From: a virus
DNA length: 62,495 nucleotides
Reading direction: 5' to 3' (one strand)
IMG/VR virus record: IMGVR_UViG_3300022670_000211
Coordinates: 1 to 62,495 of that record
The first letter of the stretch is position 1, and every line of letters begins with the position of its first letter. Shown here one piece after another: positions 45,233 through 54,849 of this stretch. The translations under genes and the position numbers were made by a program. The notes under the pieces were generated by a model. It ran no database searches, had not been told where the DNA came from, and saw only the letters and a list, made by a program, of their open reading frames with translations.

Positions 45233-46114
45233 TTAGCGACGGCTTTTACGTTTACGAGGTTTTTCTTCACCTTCGGTTTCTTCACCTTCGGCTAGTGCTT
45301 CTGATAGTGCTTTGGCTTTAGCTTCTGCTTTAGCTTCTGCTTTAGCTTCTGCTTTAGCTTCGGCCAATAACTCGGCTTTAGCTTCTGCTTTAGCTTCGGC
45401 CAATAACTCGGCTTTAGCTTCGGCTAATGCTTCGGCTTTATCGTCGACGTCCATTTTAGCAGAAGACTTTTTATCTGTTTTCTTTTCGATTTTTTTGACT
45501 TCTTCTTCGGGCGCGTCATCATCTGCAGCCGCTAGTAACGCGTTAAGGTCATCTAAAGTTTTCCAGCTTTGGATGGTGATAGTTGGCGTATAAATTTTGC
45601 CGTGTTCTTTGTGCTTGTAATTATCCGCACCAAGTAGGACCGCCGGACAAACGCCGTCGTTACCAGCCACAATCTCAGCTACTACCGCGTTAAGAATGTC
45701 GCCATAAGCTTTACGACCACCAGTGGAGCAAGAATTAAAAGTTAATTTAACGCCTTTATCAAAACCAGATAAACAAACCATTTGCATAGAAATTTGTTGA
45801 GCCCAAGATCCCTCAACTTCTGGTAGATCTTTTTCGAAAGGTAGTGGACTAGTAGCATCACACATATCCTCACCTAGCTTAGTACCTTTGTTGTTATGAG
45901 CTTTATCGCCCCAAGCTATCCAGCCATGCTGAAAACCGTTCGGATGAATTGCCCACAGTGCATCGCCTTCGACTTCGGCTTCTTCTGCGCCCCAGGTCCA
46001 ATCACCTTTAGCGAATTTCATGAAGTTACCACCGCCTGAGTCGACAGATTGAGCAGATTGTTGTAAGCCTTTTGCGAGGTCGGCCATATTAGCCATTTGA
46101 GTAGAGTTTGACAT
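45233..46114 (-). CDS. replication/recombination-module protein in the ssDNA-binding slot, with an (AEAK)n tail
   Basis: Lies between the PD-(D/E)XK nuclease and the polymerase; low-complexity C-terminus AEAKAELLAEAKAEAKAE... then KPRKRKSRR; function inferred from position only. Confidence 0.45.
   Translation of the reverse strand: MSNSTQMANMADLAKGLQQSAQSVDSGGGNFMKFAKGDWTWGAEEAEVEGDALWAIHPNGFQHGWIAWGDKAHNNKGTKLGEDMCDATSPLPFEKDLPEVEGSWAQQISMQMVCLSGFDKGVKLTFNSCSTGGRKAYGDILNAVVAEIVAGNDGVCPAVLLGADNYKHKEHGKIYTPTITIQSWKTLDDLNALLAAADDDAPEEEVKKIEKKTDKKSSAKMDVDDKAEALAEAKAELLAEAKAEAKAELLAEAKAEAKAEAKAEAKAKALSEALAEGEETEGEEKPRKRKSRR
45315..45440. repeat. Nested 12-bp and 36-bp tandem repeats (gctttagcttct units)
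   Basis: Read directly; encodes the AEAK/AELLAEAK repeats on the minus strand. Confidence 0.9.
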
Positions 46115-46162
46115 AATTTAAGTTTCCTATGTATCGTGTAAGTGTAAGTGTAAGTTTAAGTT

Positions 46163-47368
46163 TTACTCTGCGATTTTCTTTAGAGCCTCTGCTATCCCTT
46201 TCTGAGTTGGTACGGCTTCACGCTTGTCACCCTCTAGCGCTATAGTGTTGCCGGAGCTTTCACTAATTGTTCGATCCTTCATACGCAGTACAACACCGGC
46301 TTTTTTGGCCGCGTCTTCTGCTTGTTTGGGTGATAGAACGGTCATTTTCATAGCGACTTTTGCTGTAAGCTTGCGCTTTAAGTATTCAGCCGTTGCGTCC
46401 GCGTCTATCCACTTCCTTGTTGCTCTTTTCTTCACCAGTTTATGACCTGGAATGTCGCCGCCAGCTTCTAATATATTAAAAGCAAACGTTCTAACATCTT
46501 TGATCCACGGCTCCAACTGTTTAGCAAGTACGAGAGCGTCAGATAAGTCTAGCACAGGGATCGCAAGATCGGTATCTTTGCCCTTTTTCAATGCTGCTAT
46601 TTTGGTTTTTAATTGAGGACCATCAATCAAGGCTAGCGCTGTTCTAGCTTTCTCGCCTTTTTTCGGGCAAATGCCAGCGCCTTTACAAAATTTACACCAG
46701 TCGCCGTCATTTAGGTTTTCACCCGGTTCTGAGCTTTCAGCAATATTAACCGCATCTAAAAATCTTTCACCAAAATTTTCCACAGCATCTATGGTAGTTT
46801 CCCAAACGTCGAGGGTCTTTTCGCGCTTATCTGAGGGTTGGATGATAGCGAACTGTACAGGCATATCGGGATCAAGGTCTGTTTTGAATACGTCATTAAT
46901 TAAGGCAATCCAAACAGCAAAGAACATTTGATCATTATCATCAGCAAAAACCATCACGCCATCGCCAAATTTATAATCTCCACAACCGATAGCCTCTTTA
47001 CTCCACATTAAAAGATCAGGTGTGCCGCCTATAATGTCGCTGTATTCTAATAATTCTTCGGTGACGACGGTAGTGAATCCGTGGTCTTCGACAAAATCTT
47101 CCATAGCTTCAAAAGCGGGGATTACTTTTTCTTCTAATAAATCTTCGGTTAGTACTTGACCTTCGTATTCAACGCCACGTTCTAATAGTTCGCCGTAGCT
47201 TAGGCCGTCGTCTTCTAATATTTCACAACACGTATGCAACATGGTACCGCGGTCGGCGTGTTCGCTGCTCTTATCGACGATATCTATCGAATCGGCTAGT
47301 GCTCGCCAGCCTGGGCAATTTAAAGTACGCTTGGCGGTACTACCGCCGTATTTGTAATGAAAACTCAT
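46163..47368 (-). CDS. PD-(D/E)XK nuclease, DUF2800/Cas4-like, with a C-terminal Cys cluster
   Basis: GTPDLLMW...GDYKFGDGVMVFADDNDQ (D...DxK core); CKFCKGAGICP; the ATG at 47368 is preferred and the track ORF runs to 47410. Confidence 0.75.
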   Translation of the reverse strand: MSFHYKYGGSTAKRTLNCPGWRALADSIDIVDKSSEHADRGTMLHTCCEILEDDGLSYGELLERGVEYEGQVLTEDLLEEKVIPAFEAMEDFVEDHGFTTVVTEELLEYSDIIGGTPDLLMWSKEAIGCGDYKFGDGVMVFADDNDQMFFAVWIALINDVFKTDLDPDMPVQFAIIQPSDKREKTLDVWETTIDAVENFGERFLDAVNIAESSEPGENLNDGDWCKFCKGAGICPKKGEKARTALALIDGPQLKTKIAALKKGKDTDLAIPVLDLSDALVLAKQLEPWIKDVRTFAFNILEAGGDIPGHKLVKKRATRKWIDADATAEYLKRKLTAKVAMKMTVLSPKQAEDAAKKAGVVLRMKDRTISESSGNTIALEGDKREAVPTQKGIAEALKKIAE

Positions 47369-47372
47369 ATGG

Positions 47373-47639
47373 TTATTTGTCCTTAGTGTATGCAGGTTTG
47401 TCGTCACCATCGATGACGGTCATTTTTTGGTAGCAGATTACTATCGCGGTGAGTACATCATTTTCGGAAACGATCTTCGCCTTAATACCTTTAGAAGGGT
47501 CAGCCTTAATAGTTAAGCGATCCGATTCGTCTTTGATATATTTGATTATCTCTTTAGGGATATAATAGCCCTTCCGCATTTTTGTCGACTTGTCTGGTAA
47601 TTCTAATTCTAGGGGCTGTTGCCCTTTATTGATTGACAT
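47373..47639 (-). CDS. hypothetical protein (88 aa)
   Basis: ORF. Confidence 0.6.
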   Translation of the reverse strand: MSINKGQQPLELELPDKSTKMRKGYYIPKEIIKYIKDESDRLTIKADPSKGIKAKIVSENDVLTAIVICYQKMTVIDGDDKPAYTKDK

Positions 47640-47653
47640 ACAGTTAGCTCCTA

Positions 47654-47944
47654 TTACTTAACTTTTTCATAAGTTAATTTAAAAATATCCGGTTTACATG
47701 GGTAAAACTCACCTGACACGCCTTTAATAACAAAATCCCCAATACTCGCCAGCATGACGCCCTCTAAAGTGTGTATTTGAAGGCCTTTATCTCTTACTAT
47801 TTGTGCGTACTGTTCCCAAGCATGCCTATCTGCTTGCGTTTTAAGGTTCGGTTTTTCGCCTTCTATAAAGGTCATCATGGCGAACAGGTCTTTACCAGTC
47901 CATTGTAAGGCGTCTATTTCAACAGGTAGTTTTCTAAATTTCAT
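47654..47944 (-). CDS. PGDYG-like small protein
   Basis: N-terminal KLPVEIDALQWTG and C-terminal IGDFVIKGVSGEFYPCKPDIFKLTYEKV. Confidence 0.55.
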   Translation of the reverse strand: MKFRKLPVEIDALQWTGKDLFAMMTFIEGEKPNLKTQADRHAWEQYAQIVRDKGLQIHTLEGVMLASIGDFVIKGVSGEFYPCKPDIFKLTYEKVK

Positions 47945-48087
47945 ACGCTAGGTTCCTTAGCTATAATTCATATCTATCTAACCTAATACTAATACCATCT
48001 ACAGAAATTGCCAAGGTTTTCTGTTTGTATTTTTTGTATACAGTGCTATGCTATAAATACACCAACTAAAAAGAGAGCTTATATAAC

Positions 48088-48339
48088 ATGGCTAAATTCA
48101 CCAAAATACCTCAAGTGGTCGACGCTGAACAGTGGACCGGTTCCAACATGGCCAAGATAGAAAAACTAGTCGGCGCTGATAGAGTCATCATCGATAACGC
48201 TGGCCTGATATTAAAGCTGCAGCATACCGATGTGTTCGTAACCCGTGGCCATTTTATAGTGGTAGAGGGTAAGGAATCGTACCCGATAATACTTTCTGAA
48301 TTCAAGTTCAATCTGACCTATTCACCTAAAAAGAAGTAA
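48088..48339 (+). CDS. PGDYG-like paralogue, divergently transcribed
   Basis: KIPQVVDAEQWTG ... RGHFIVVEGKESYPIILSEFKFNLTY. Confidence 0.5.
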   Translation: MAKFTKIPQVVDAEQWTGSNMAKIEKLVGADRVIIDNAGLILKLQHTDVFVTRGHFIVVEGKESYPIILSEFKFNLTYSPKKK

Positions 48340-48343
48340 GCTT

Positions 48344-48649
48344 ATGCTAGAGTCAAAATTACAAGCTAAGTGCGTTAAACTGGCTTCGGGAAACAGAGTA
48401 TTAGTTAGAAAAGTACGCGCCGAAAACCGCAAAGGGTTTCCTGACCTACTGTTAATATTCCCCATAACAGGCCAAACCGTCTACGTGGAAATGAAAAGGT
48501 CAAATGGTACCGGTCAACTAGCTAAGTTGCAGGAACGCGAGCTAAAGAGAATACGCCAACAAAACGCCAGCGCTTATCAATGTGACTCGTATAAGTGGTT
48601 TACCCACATAATCAAAACACATTTACGTGCTGAATTTAGAGAGGTGTAG
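48344..48649 (+). CDS. VRR-NUC nuclease
   Basis: GFPDLLLIF...VYVEMK (PD...ExK) in a 101-aa protein. Confidence 0.75.
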   Translation: MLESKLQAKCVKLASGNRVLVRKVRAENRKGFPDLLLIFPITGQTVYVEMKRSNGTGQLAKLQERELKRIRQQNASAYQCDSYKWFTHIIKTHLRAEFREV

Positions 48650-48690
48650 CTAGTGAACGTGCTAAGGGTATTAAAAATGGAGAAAACTAT

Positions 48691-48933
48691 ATGATTACGG
48701 TTAATATGTATACAATTCGTGATTTACTATACACGCCAGCGTTAAAAGGTAATCAAACAACCTTAGCAAAATTGTTGAATATTAATCGCACTACTTTACG
48801 CAAATATAAGGATGATACCGATAACGCCCGCCATGTTATATTTATGCGAAACGATAAATACGTTTTCCAGTGTTCCCCTAAAAAGCAAGTGGAGATAGAC
48901 CATGCCAACAACGCCCACGCCAATATGGCTTAA
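48691..48933 (+). CDS. putative HTH DNA-binding protein (80 aa)
   Basis: GNQTTLAKLLNINRTTLRKY. Confidence 0.5.
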   Translation: MITVNMYTIRDLLYTPALKGNQTTLAKLLNINRTTLRKYKDDTDNARHVIFMRNDKYVFQCSPKKQVEIDHANNAHANMA

Positions 48934-49237
48934 AAAACACAACTTAACTCAAGACTTATACGATATCGTTAAGCCTCGCTTATCATATGAAGTTAAGACT
49001 AAACACGATGGCTTACTACGCGCTGTGTCTAAAGAAACAATACAGATGGGCTACCGTAGAGTTGAAAGCGGTGGTGCTGTTAAAGGTGATGAATTGAAGA
49101 ATCTAGTCGCCGACCTGTACGATGTCATAAAACCTCGGGTAAGCGTGTGGGTCCAAACTAATCAAGATAAAAACTTCCGCTCTGTTTTAAGCCAAATAAT
49201 AAAAGTTGGCTACCGTAAAGCTATTAAGGCCAAATAA
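48902..49237 (+). CDS. hypothetical protein with two roughly 45-aa internal repeats
   Basis: LTQDLYDIVKPRLSYEVKT...IQMGYRR aligns with LVADLYDVIKPRVSVWVQT...IKVGYRK. Confidence 0.55.
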   Translation: MPTTPTPIWLKKHNLTQDLYDIVKPRLSYEVKTKHDGLLRAVSKETIQMGYRRVESGGAVKGDELKNLVADLYDVIKPRVSVWVQTNQDKNFRSVLSQIIKVGYRKAIKAK

Positions 49238-49238
49238 T

Positions 49239-49427
49239 ATGACAGATTGCCAAAAACTAATGTTACAGCTAAAATTATGTGAGCTATCCATGATTCAAGT
49301 CGGCCTAGAACTAGAGCACAACGGCCACTTACATATGGAGGCCGAAGCGGTATTAGAAACTACTCAAGACAATATAATGCTGTTAGGTGACGCTATTAGA
49401 GAGGCTTGCAATGCACAAACTAAGTGA
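49239..49427 (+). CDS. hypothetical protein (62 aa)
   Basis: The ATG lies right after the previous stop; the track ORF starts at a TTG at 49206. Confidence 0.5.
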   Translation: MTDCQKLMLQLKLCELSMIQVGLELEHNGHLHMEAEAVLETTQDNIMLLGDAIREACNAQTK

Positions 49428-50823
49428 CCTATCAGAGACCCAGCAACTAGGCATAGATCGCATATATGAAAATGACGAGAGCTTGCTAGTAGCCCCGAAA
49501 GGATTCGGTAAATGTGTTGTTGGGTTTACTGCTATCCAGGACCTAATCGACGACGGCATACTAAATCGTGTGCTAGTCTTATCCACCGCTCAAGTATGTA
49601 ATGAAGTGTGGAACAAAGAGTCGGACGGTTGGGAACACTTAAAAGGTATCGACTTTGTTTGCCTTACTGGCCACGACGAGAAAAAGCGCCGTGCTTTATT
49701 GGCGCAGAATTCTTGTATCGTGGTCTGTAACTTTGAAATCATGGCTTGGCTATTCACTAATTACCCTAAGCATAATTTTGATGGCTTAATCGTTGACGAG
49801 ATAACTAAACTTAAATCGGTTGGCGGTACCGGTTTTAAGAAAATTCGTAAACATCTTAAAAACTTTAAATGGCGTGTTGGCATGACAGCCGATCCCGTCG
49901 CTCAAGAAAGCGTAGAAATCTACGGCCAAATGCTAATCATTGACCAAGGCAAACGTTTAGGCCGTAACAAAGATAACTTTAAGCGCAAGTATTTTATGCA
50001 AATGAATTACACCGGGACTCAATGGGACTTTCAACCTGGGGGCTTAGCTCGCTTAACTAAGGTCCTGGCTGATGTTATTTATACGGTCGACAGTGAGGAA
50101 TATATTAAAAACCTACCTGAACTTATCGACATTGAGGTACCTGTTAAACTACCGCCTGATGTTCGCCACTACTATCAAGAAATGGCTAAGCACAATTTCG
50201 TTTACATAAATCACAAAGCACTAGAAGCGCCGAACGAGGCGTCGATGCAAAGTAAATTATTTCAAATGTGTTGCGGTAGTGTTTATCGAATGCCAGAAGA
50301 TGACGAGTACGGGGAACTTCAAACGGCTACTAAAGAAGCTATCTTTTTACACGATGCTAAAATGCGCGCTTTAGAAAAAGTATTGGCTAAAATTAACACG
50401 CCAGTCATCATAGCTTATCAATTCACCTTTCAACGTGACGCGCTAGTCAAAAAATATAAAGCGCCTGTATTCAGCGCTAAGAATTCTAAAAAAGTTAATG
50501 ATAATATCATGGAGTCGTGGAACAATGGCGAATTGCCTATGCTCCTATTACATTCAAAATCTGCAGGTCATGGCCTAAACCTACAATACGGACCTTGTAA
50601 TACTTTAATATGTCTTTCTTATTTTTGGTCTGCTGATGAATGGGATCAATTACTCGGTAGACTTAGACGCCGTGGCCAGCTATCAAAAACTGTTACCCGA
50701 TATACCATTTTTTGCGTTGACACTGTTGAAGACTGCGTAATGAAACCAAAACTAGACAGCCGGATCGATTCCGCTGAGCTTTTCCATGAATACCTAGCAA
50801 AACAAAAACTATTAAACTATTAA
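49411..50823 (+). CDS. SNF2/DEAD-like helicase
   Basis: APKGFGKC (motif I), VDEITKLK (motif II), SAGHGLNLQ (motif V), LLGRLRRRGQ (motif VI); the ATG at 49411 has a GAGAGG RBS. Confidence 0.8.
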   Translation: MHKLSDLSETQQLGIDRIYENDESLLVAPKGFGKCVVGFTAIQDLIDDGILNRVLVLSTAQVCNEVWNKESDGWEHLKGIDFVCLTGHDEKKRRALLAQNSCIVVCNFEIMAWLFTNYPKHNFDGLIVDEITKLKSVGGTGFKKIRKHLKNFKWRVGMTADPVAQESVEIYGQMLIIDQGKRLGRNKDNFKRKYFMQMNYTGTQWDFQPGGLARLTKVLADVIYTVDSEEYIKNLPELIDIEVPVKLPPDVRHYYQEMAKHNFVYINHKALEAPNEASMQSKLFQMCCGSVYRMPEDDEYGELQTATKEAIFLHDAKMRALEKVLAKINTPVIIAYQFTFQRDALVKKYKAPVFSAKNSKKVNDNIMESWNNGELPMLLLHSKSAGHGLNLQYGPCNTLICLSYFWSADEWDQLLGRLRRRGQLSKTVTRYTIFCVDTVEDCVMKPKLDSRIDSAELFHEYLAKQKLLNY

Positions 50824-50832
50824 GGGGCGAGT

Positions 50833-51024
50833 ATGCGATGGATAAACGTTAAAGATAAATTACCGCCAGATGAAGATGTTTTATTGTGGTTAGAGTTCAA
50901 AGATTTTTCTACTTACATGCTTGGGTACTACGATGATGATAAGTGGTTTTCAATGGCTGATGAACCACTACGAGATATTACACACTGGGCGTTATTACTA
51001 AAGCCGCCAATTACAAATAAATAA
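50833..51024 (+). CDS. DUF551-like protein
   Basis: MRWINVKDKLPPDEDVLLW...W pattern. Confidence 0.5.
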   Translation: MRWINVKDKLPPDEDVLLWLEFKDFSTYMLGYYDDDKWFSMADEPLRDITHWALLLKPPITNK

Positions 51025-51044
51025 ACTATTAAGGAACGAATATT

Positions 51045-51281
51045 ATGAACCCTTTTTCAGATCCTAATGACAGCCGGAAAGCACCGGTTAATAGAATGAT
51101 ACGCAAACTACTCGCGCTTAGAGCTAAAGCTTTACGAAGCTCTCAAGCACTACCTAAAATTACCTCTCACGGTAACCCGATCTTTATCAGCGAAGATGAC
51201 CAAAAAGCTGAATTGAAAAAGTACGCTAATATTAGAGTAATAGATAATATGATTACTCAACTTGAACAAATAGCATATTGA
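51045..51281 (+). CDS. hypothetical protein (78 aa)
   Basis: ORF. Confidence 0.55.
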   Translation: MNPFSDPNDSRKAPVNRMIRKLLALRAKALRSSQALPKITSHGNPIFISEDDQKAELKKYANIRVIDNMITQLEQIAY

Positions 51282-51294
51282 GGAAAAACACACT

Positions 51295-51762
51295 ATGAAT
51301 AAACTAATAATAGAACCTAAGATATTCGCCATCGATTTTGATGGTAGTATGGTCGGTTTCTCATTCCCGTTAGTGGGTAAAGATATCGGCGCTGCAGCAG
51401 TAATGCGAGATATGATCGCTGTCGGCCATCGCATAATATTACACACTATGCGCTCGGATAAAGAAGACCCCACAAGCCCTGACGTTGACATTCTATGCCC
51501 TAAAGCTGGTGATGACGCTAACTACTTATCTCAAGCTGTTATGTGGTGTAAAGACAATAAAATCCCACTATTCGGCGTTAATATTAACCCTGAACAGTAT
51601 TCATGGACTGATAGCACTAAACCTTACGCCGATTATTATATTGATGATATTTCGATAGGTTGTCCTACCATGAACGACCCTGAAATTAGCGACCGTCCTT
51701 TTGTGGATTGGGTCATGATTAGATCGGCTCTTGAATTTAAAAACTTACTACACCCAAAATAA
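51295..51762 (+). CDS. HAD-superfamily-like phosphatase (candidate)
   Basis: N-terminal FAIDFDGSMV (DxDG motif), a later HTMRS, and YYIDD near the C-terminus. Confidence 0.45.
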   Translation: MNKLIIEPKIFAIDFDGSMVGFSFPLVGKDIGAAAVMRDMIAVGHRIILHTMRSDKEDPTSPDVDILCPKAGDDANYLSQAVMWCKDNKIPLFGVNINPEQYSWTDSTKPYADYYIDDISIGCPTMNDPEISDRPFVDWVMIRSALEFKNLLHPK

Positions 51763-51774
51763 GGAACTGCCATT

Positions 51775-51969
51775 ATGTCTAATTGTTACCATGGCTGGAA
51801 TTACCAGCCCGACGCTACGTCGATAGAAGAATTATTAGAACGTATTACTAAAGAAGGTGATAAAGGCGCTTGGATCAAAAATAGTGAAATGGGTTTTTGT
51901 GGTCAGCTATTATTACAAAAGAAAATAGTTATGTGTGGCGAATGTGACCGTGCGGCCACATTAGTTTAG
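51775..51969 (+). CDS. hypothetical protein (64 aa)
   Basis: ORF. Confidence 0.55.
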   Translation: MSNCYHGWNYQPDATSIEELLERITKEGDKGAWIKNSEMGFCGQLLLQKKIVMCGECDRAATLV

Positions 51970-51971
51970 TC

Positions 51972-52187
51972 ATGGATGCCGACACACATTTACTAATATT
52001 AGTATTTTATATATTACTAGTCTTGTCTTACACGATTTTGTCTTTCGCTAATAACAAAGGAAGTCCGCGACAAATCAGAAGAACGTTAATAACATTCTGT
52101 TTTCTGATTTTTCCGGTTTTCATATTTTTGTTTAGCCTACTGAAATTATACGTGTATTTTTTAGACCCCAAGGTTGACAAAAAATGA
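51972..52187 (+). CDS. small two-TMD membrane protein (71 aa)
   Basis: LLILVFYILLVLSYTILSF and LITFCFLIFPVFIFLFSLL. Confidence 0.55.
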   Translation: MDADTHLLILVFYILLVLSYTILSFANNKGSPRQIRRTLITFCFLIFPVFIFLFSLLKLYVYFLDPKVDKK

Positions 52188-54586
52188 CAGATACTTCTAA
52201 AAATATCAGTCTATTTATAGACAATATTTTCGGGGGCAGAGACAAAGATGAACAAGTCCTTTATTGGGCTTCTTCTAGTCCTATACCCGGTTTTCCGCAA
52301 TCCGAAGAAAAATTTAATCGTGCAGCTCGAGGTAAACTAAATAAGGCGTGTTACTTTAGTACGTCTACCGTGGAGCTAGACGACGAAGGCCGACTATATA
52401 ACAGGCAATCCCTGTTTAAGAAACTGTACTGCATTGTCTTAGACGATATGGGCTCGGGGCTCGGTTCTAAATGTAAAATCGACGACCTACCAGAAATGCT
52501 GCAGAAAGAATATTCATGGCGTATAGAAACCTCGCCGGATAACTTTCAGTATGGCTTTTTACTCGACACGCCTATTGATAATCTTCATGACGCCCTAAGT
52601 TTGGTACACATAATATATGGTGCCGGTCCCTGGGATAGTGGCGGGGCTACTTCTAATAAATTAGTCCGCTTACCTTGCGGTATTAACCTTAAACAAAAAT
52701 ACGCTGGCGAAGACGACGAGCTATTCCGTATCGATCCCGTAGACGATATTTTTTCAAAAGAACCCTTTAACGTATTCTCCCCCGACGAACTATTATCAGC
52801 GGTGCGCGCTGGTATCACCTGGGCCGATGTTCAATCCGGTAATGCCGGAAAACTAGATCCTCGCCGCGCTAAAGGTACGACACCATGGCGAGAAGGTGTT
52901 TTCCATAGTAGCTTAGACGGCGTAGTCGATGACGCCTTAGAATGGCTTAACGAAGAGAATTTAGTAGTCAACGAAAACGACGAGTGGTTTGATATTATAT
53001 GCCCATGGCATGAGGAACATTCCGAAGGCGGTGGAAATACTGCCGGTTATAAACCTCTAGGTTTTGGCTCTAATCGTGAGACTAGGGCTTTTCATTGTTT
53101 TCATGATCACTGTAGTAAAAATCATGGTAAAGAGTTTCTTGACTGGATGAAAGCCGAGGGTGGACCTATGCTCGGTATTTTTGATCCCGTACCATTATTA
53201 GTTGCCGAATGGGCTTTAGATGAAATTAGTAATTCTTTTGTATCGCTAAAAGATCCTCGAATCAAGGTACCGAACGCGGGTTTTAAAACTGGCCATCAAA
53301 ACGATGTGTGGTGGGTTGGCATGAATGACAAGCCAGCGCATACCAGTGAATATAACTTGATATTAAAATCTAAAGGTCTGCTAAAACTGATGGGTGATAA
53401 GTACGACCCAGGTGGTCCGGGTATCATAGAACAAGGCGTATATAAAAAACTAAACTCTTGGAGTATGCCGCAATGGGATATCCAAAAAATAGATAAATCC
53501 GTCGACCATTGGAAACAATTTAAACAGTTTATCGAATATCTAATACCCGATCCTCAAGATGCTTCATGGTTTCTTGACCATATAGCCGCTAAATCCCAAA
53601 ATCCTAAATACCGTGGTCCCTGTGTCATATTGTGGACGCCTGTACATGGATCGGGTCGCGGTACTTTAGAGGATTTACTGGGCGATTTATGGGGTCAACA
53701 CAATTCGACTACTGTCGGTCTAAGTGAATTAATAGACGGTCTAGGCGGTAAAGGCTTTAATGATTTTTTACTAAATATGTGGGTGATAATACCTGAGGCT
53801 CAAGACGCTCAATTAACGCGGACTCAAGAATCGAAAGCCTACGAGTCACTAAAAACTGGTATTGACCCTGCACCAACGAGACACGTAATAAAATATAAAT
53901 ACGGCGGTCAAGGTCCGGGCACTGCGTATAGCTCTACTCTTATATGTTCTAACCATGAGGGCGCGGCTTTAAGCATACCTGTAAGCGACAGAAGATTCTT
54001 AACGATAGAATGTACTGTTAGAGCTGCGACGGTTGAATACTTCAAAGCGCTTAACGACTGGCGTGATACTAACTGGTGTCCGGCAGTGTGGAACGAGCTA
54101 AGAACGCGTGATATCTCACATCATAATGGTTTTGCACCTAAAAACCTTCAACGTAATATAAGCCCTGAGGCTCTTATAGCAGCCAGTTTACCGGGCCAGT
54201 CTCCTATTGACCGTATCGCCTCAGTGGCCATCTTATTTGCTAATATTGAATGCGACGGGCTGATTCATACGCCTACGATATGTCAATGGGCCCTACAATT
54301 CCAAATACAACTCGGCGCGCCGAGTTTCTCCGGTTGGGAGAATGTACTAAAAAGAATTTTACAGGATGCTACCAGCGAAATAAAACCTAACAGCGTTAGA
54401 AAATCTTACAAAGTTGACGGTAAGAAATGCTTTATACGTCATACGTTATGTGCTGACGGCTACGGAATACATGACCTATTATGTGAGACTTGGAACACTG
54501 AACTAATCAAAGAAAAATTCCATACTAAAACAGCGGACGAGTTTAGAGACTTTGTTCTTGAAATATTTAACGAAGCAGGTATCTAA
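52184..54586 (+). CDS. primase-helicase (RepB'/prim-pol-like N-terminus, zinc ribbon, D5/P4-type NTPase)
   Basis: VLDDMG and RIETSPDNFQYGF; CPWHEEHS...FHCFHDHC; NTPase region TPVHGSGRGTLEDLLG. Confidence 0.7.
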   Translation: MTDTSKNISLFIDNIFGGRDKDEQVLYWASSSPIPGFPQSEEKFNRAARGKLNKACYFSTSTVELDDEGRLYNRQSLFKKLYCIVLDDMGSGLGSKCKIDDLPEMLQKEYSWRIETSPDNFQYGFLLDTPIDNLHDALSLVHIIYGAGPWDSGGATSNKLVRLPCGINLKQKYAGEDDELFRIDPVDDIFSKEPFNVFSPDELLSAVRAGITWADVQSGNAGKLDPRRAKGTTPWREGVFHSSLDGVVDDALEWLNEENLVVNENDEWFDIICPWHEEHSEGGGNTAGYKPLGFGSNRETRAFHCFHDHCSKNHGKEFLDWMKAEGGPMLGIFDPVPLLVAEWALDEISNSFVSLKDPRIKVPNAGFKTGHQNDVWWVGMNDKPAHTSEYNLILKSKGLLKLMGDKYDPGGPGIIEQGVYKKLNSWSMPQWDIQKIDKSVDHWKQFKQFIEYLIPDPQDASWFLDHIAAKSQNPKYRGPCVILWTPVHGSGRGTLEDLLGDLWGQHNSTTVGLSELIDGLGGKGFNDFLLNMWVIIPEAQDAQLTRTQESKAYESLKTGIDPAPTRHVIKYKYGGQGPGTAYSSTLICSNHEGAALSIPVSDRRFLTIECTVRAATVEYFKALNDWRDTNWCPAVWNELRTRDISHHNGFAPKNLQRNISPEALIAASLPGQSPIDRIASVAILFANIECDGLIHTPTICQWALQFQIQLGAPSFSGWENVLKRILQDATSEIKPNSVRKSYKVDGKKCFIRHTLCADGYGIHDLLCETWNTELIKEKFHTKTADEFRDFVLEIFNEAGI

Positions 54587-54619
54587 GGCTATCAATACAA
54601 TAATTAGGTATCCTTTTTG

Positions 54620-54648
54620 TTGACAATTATTAGTAATAGTCTTAATCT
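54620..54648 (+). promoter_or_regulatory. Sigma70-type promoter candidate
   Basis: TTGACA, a 17-nt spacer, then TAATCT, upstream of the small-ORF cluster. Confidence 0.55.
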
Positions 54649-54684
54649 GTAATAGAACACAACATTTAAGCGGTGGTACCAACT

Positions 54685-54849
54685 ATGATTTTATACGGCC
54701 AGTTCATCGAGGTTAAAGATATAGTCTCTATATTGCCTAGTGGTAATATGAATGGTTGCGTCGTCACGTTTAAAAGCGGGGCTGCAGACCATGTTAAGGG
54801 CTATAGCGAGTTAATGGCTGAAATGGTAAAGCTGGAAGGTGAAAAATGA
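54685..54849 (+). CDS. small ORF (54 aa, not in track)
   Basis: My translation starts MILYGQFIEVKDIVSILPSGNMNGCVVTFKSG...; ATGA overlap with the next gene. Confidence 0.45.
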   Translation: MILYGQFIEVKDIVSILPSGNMNGCVVTFKSGAADHVKGYSELMAEMVKLEGEK

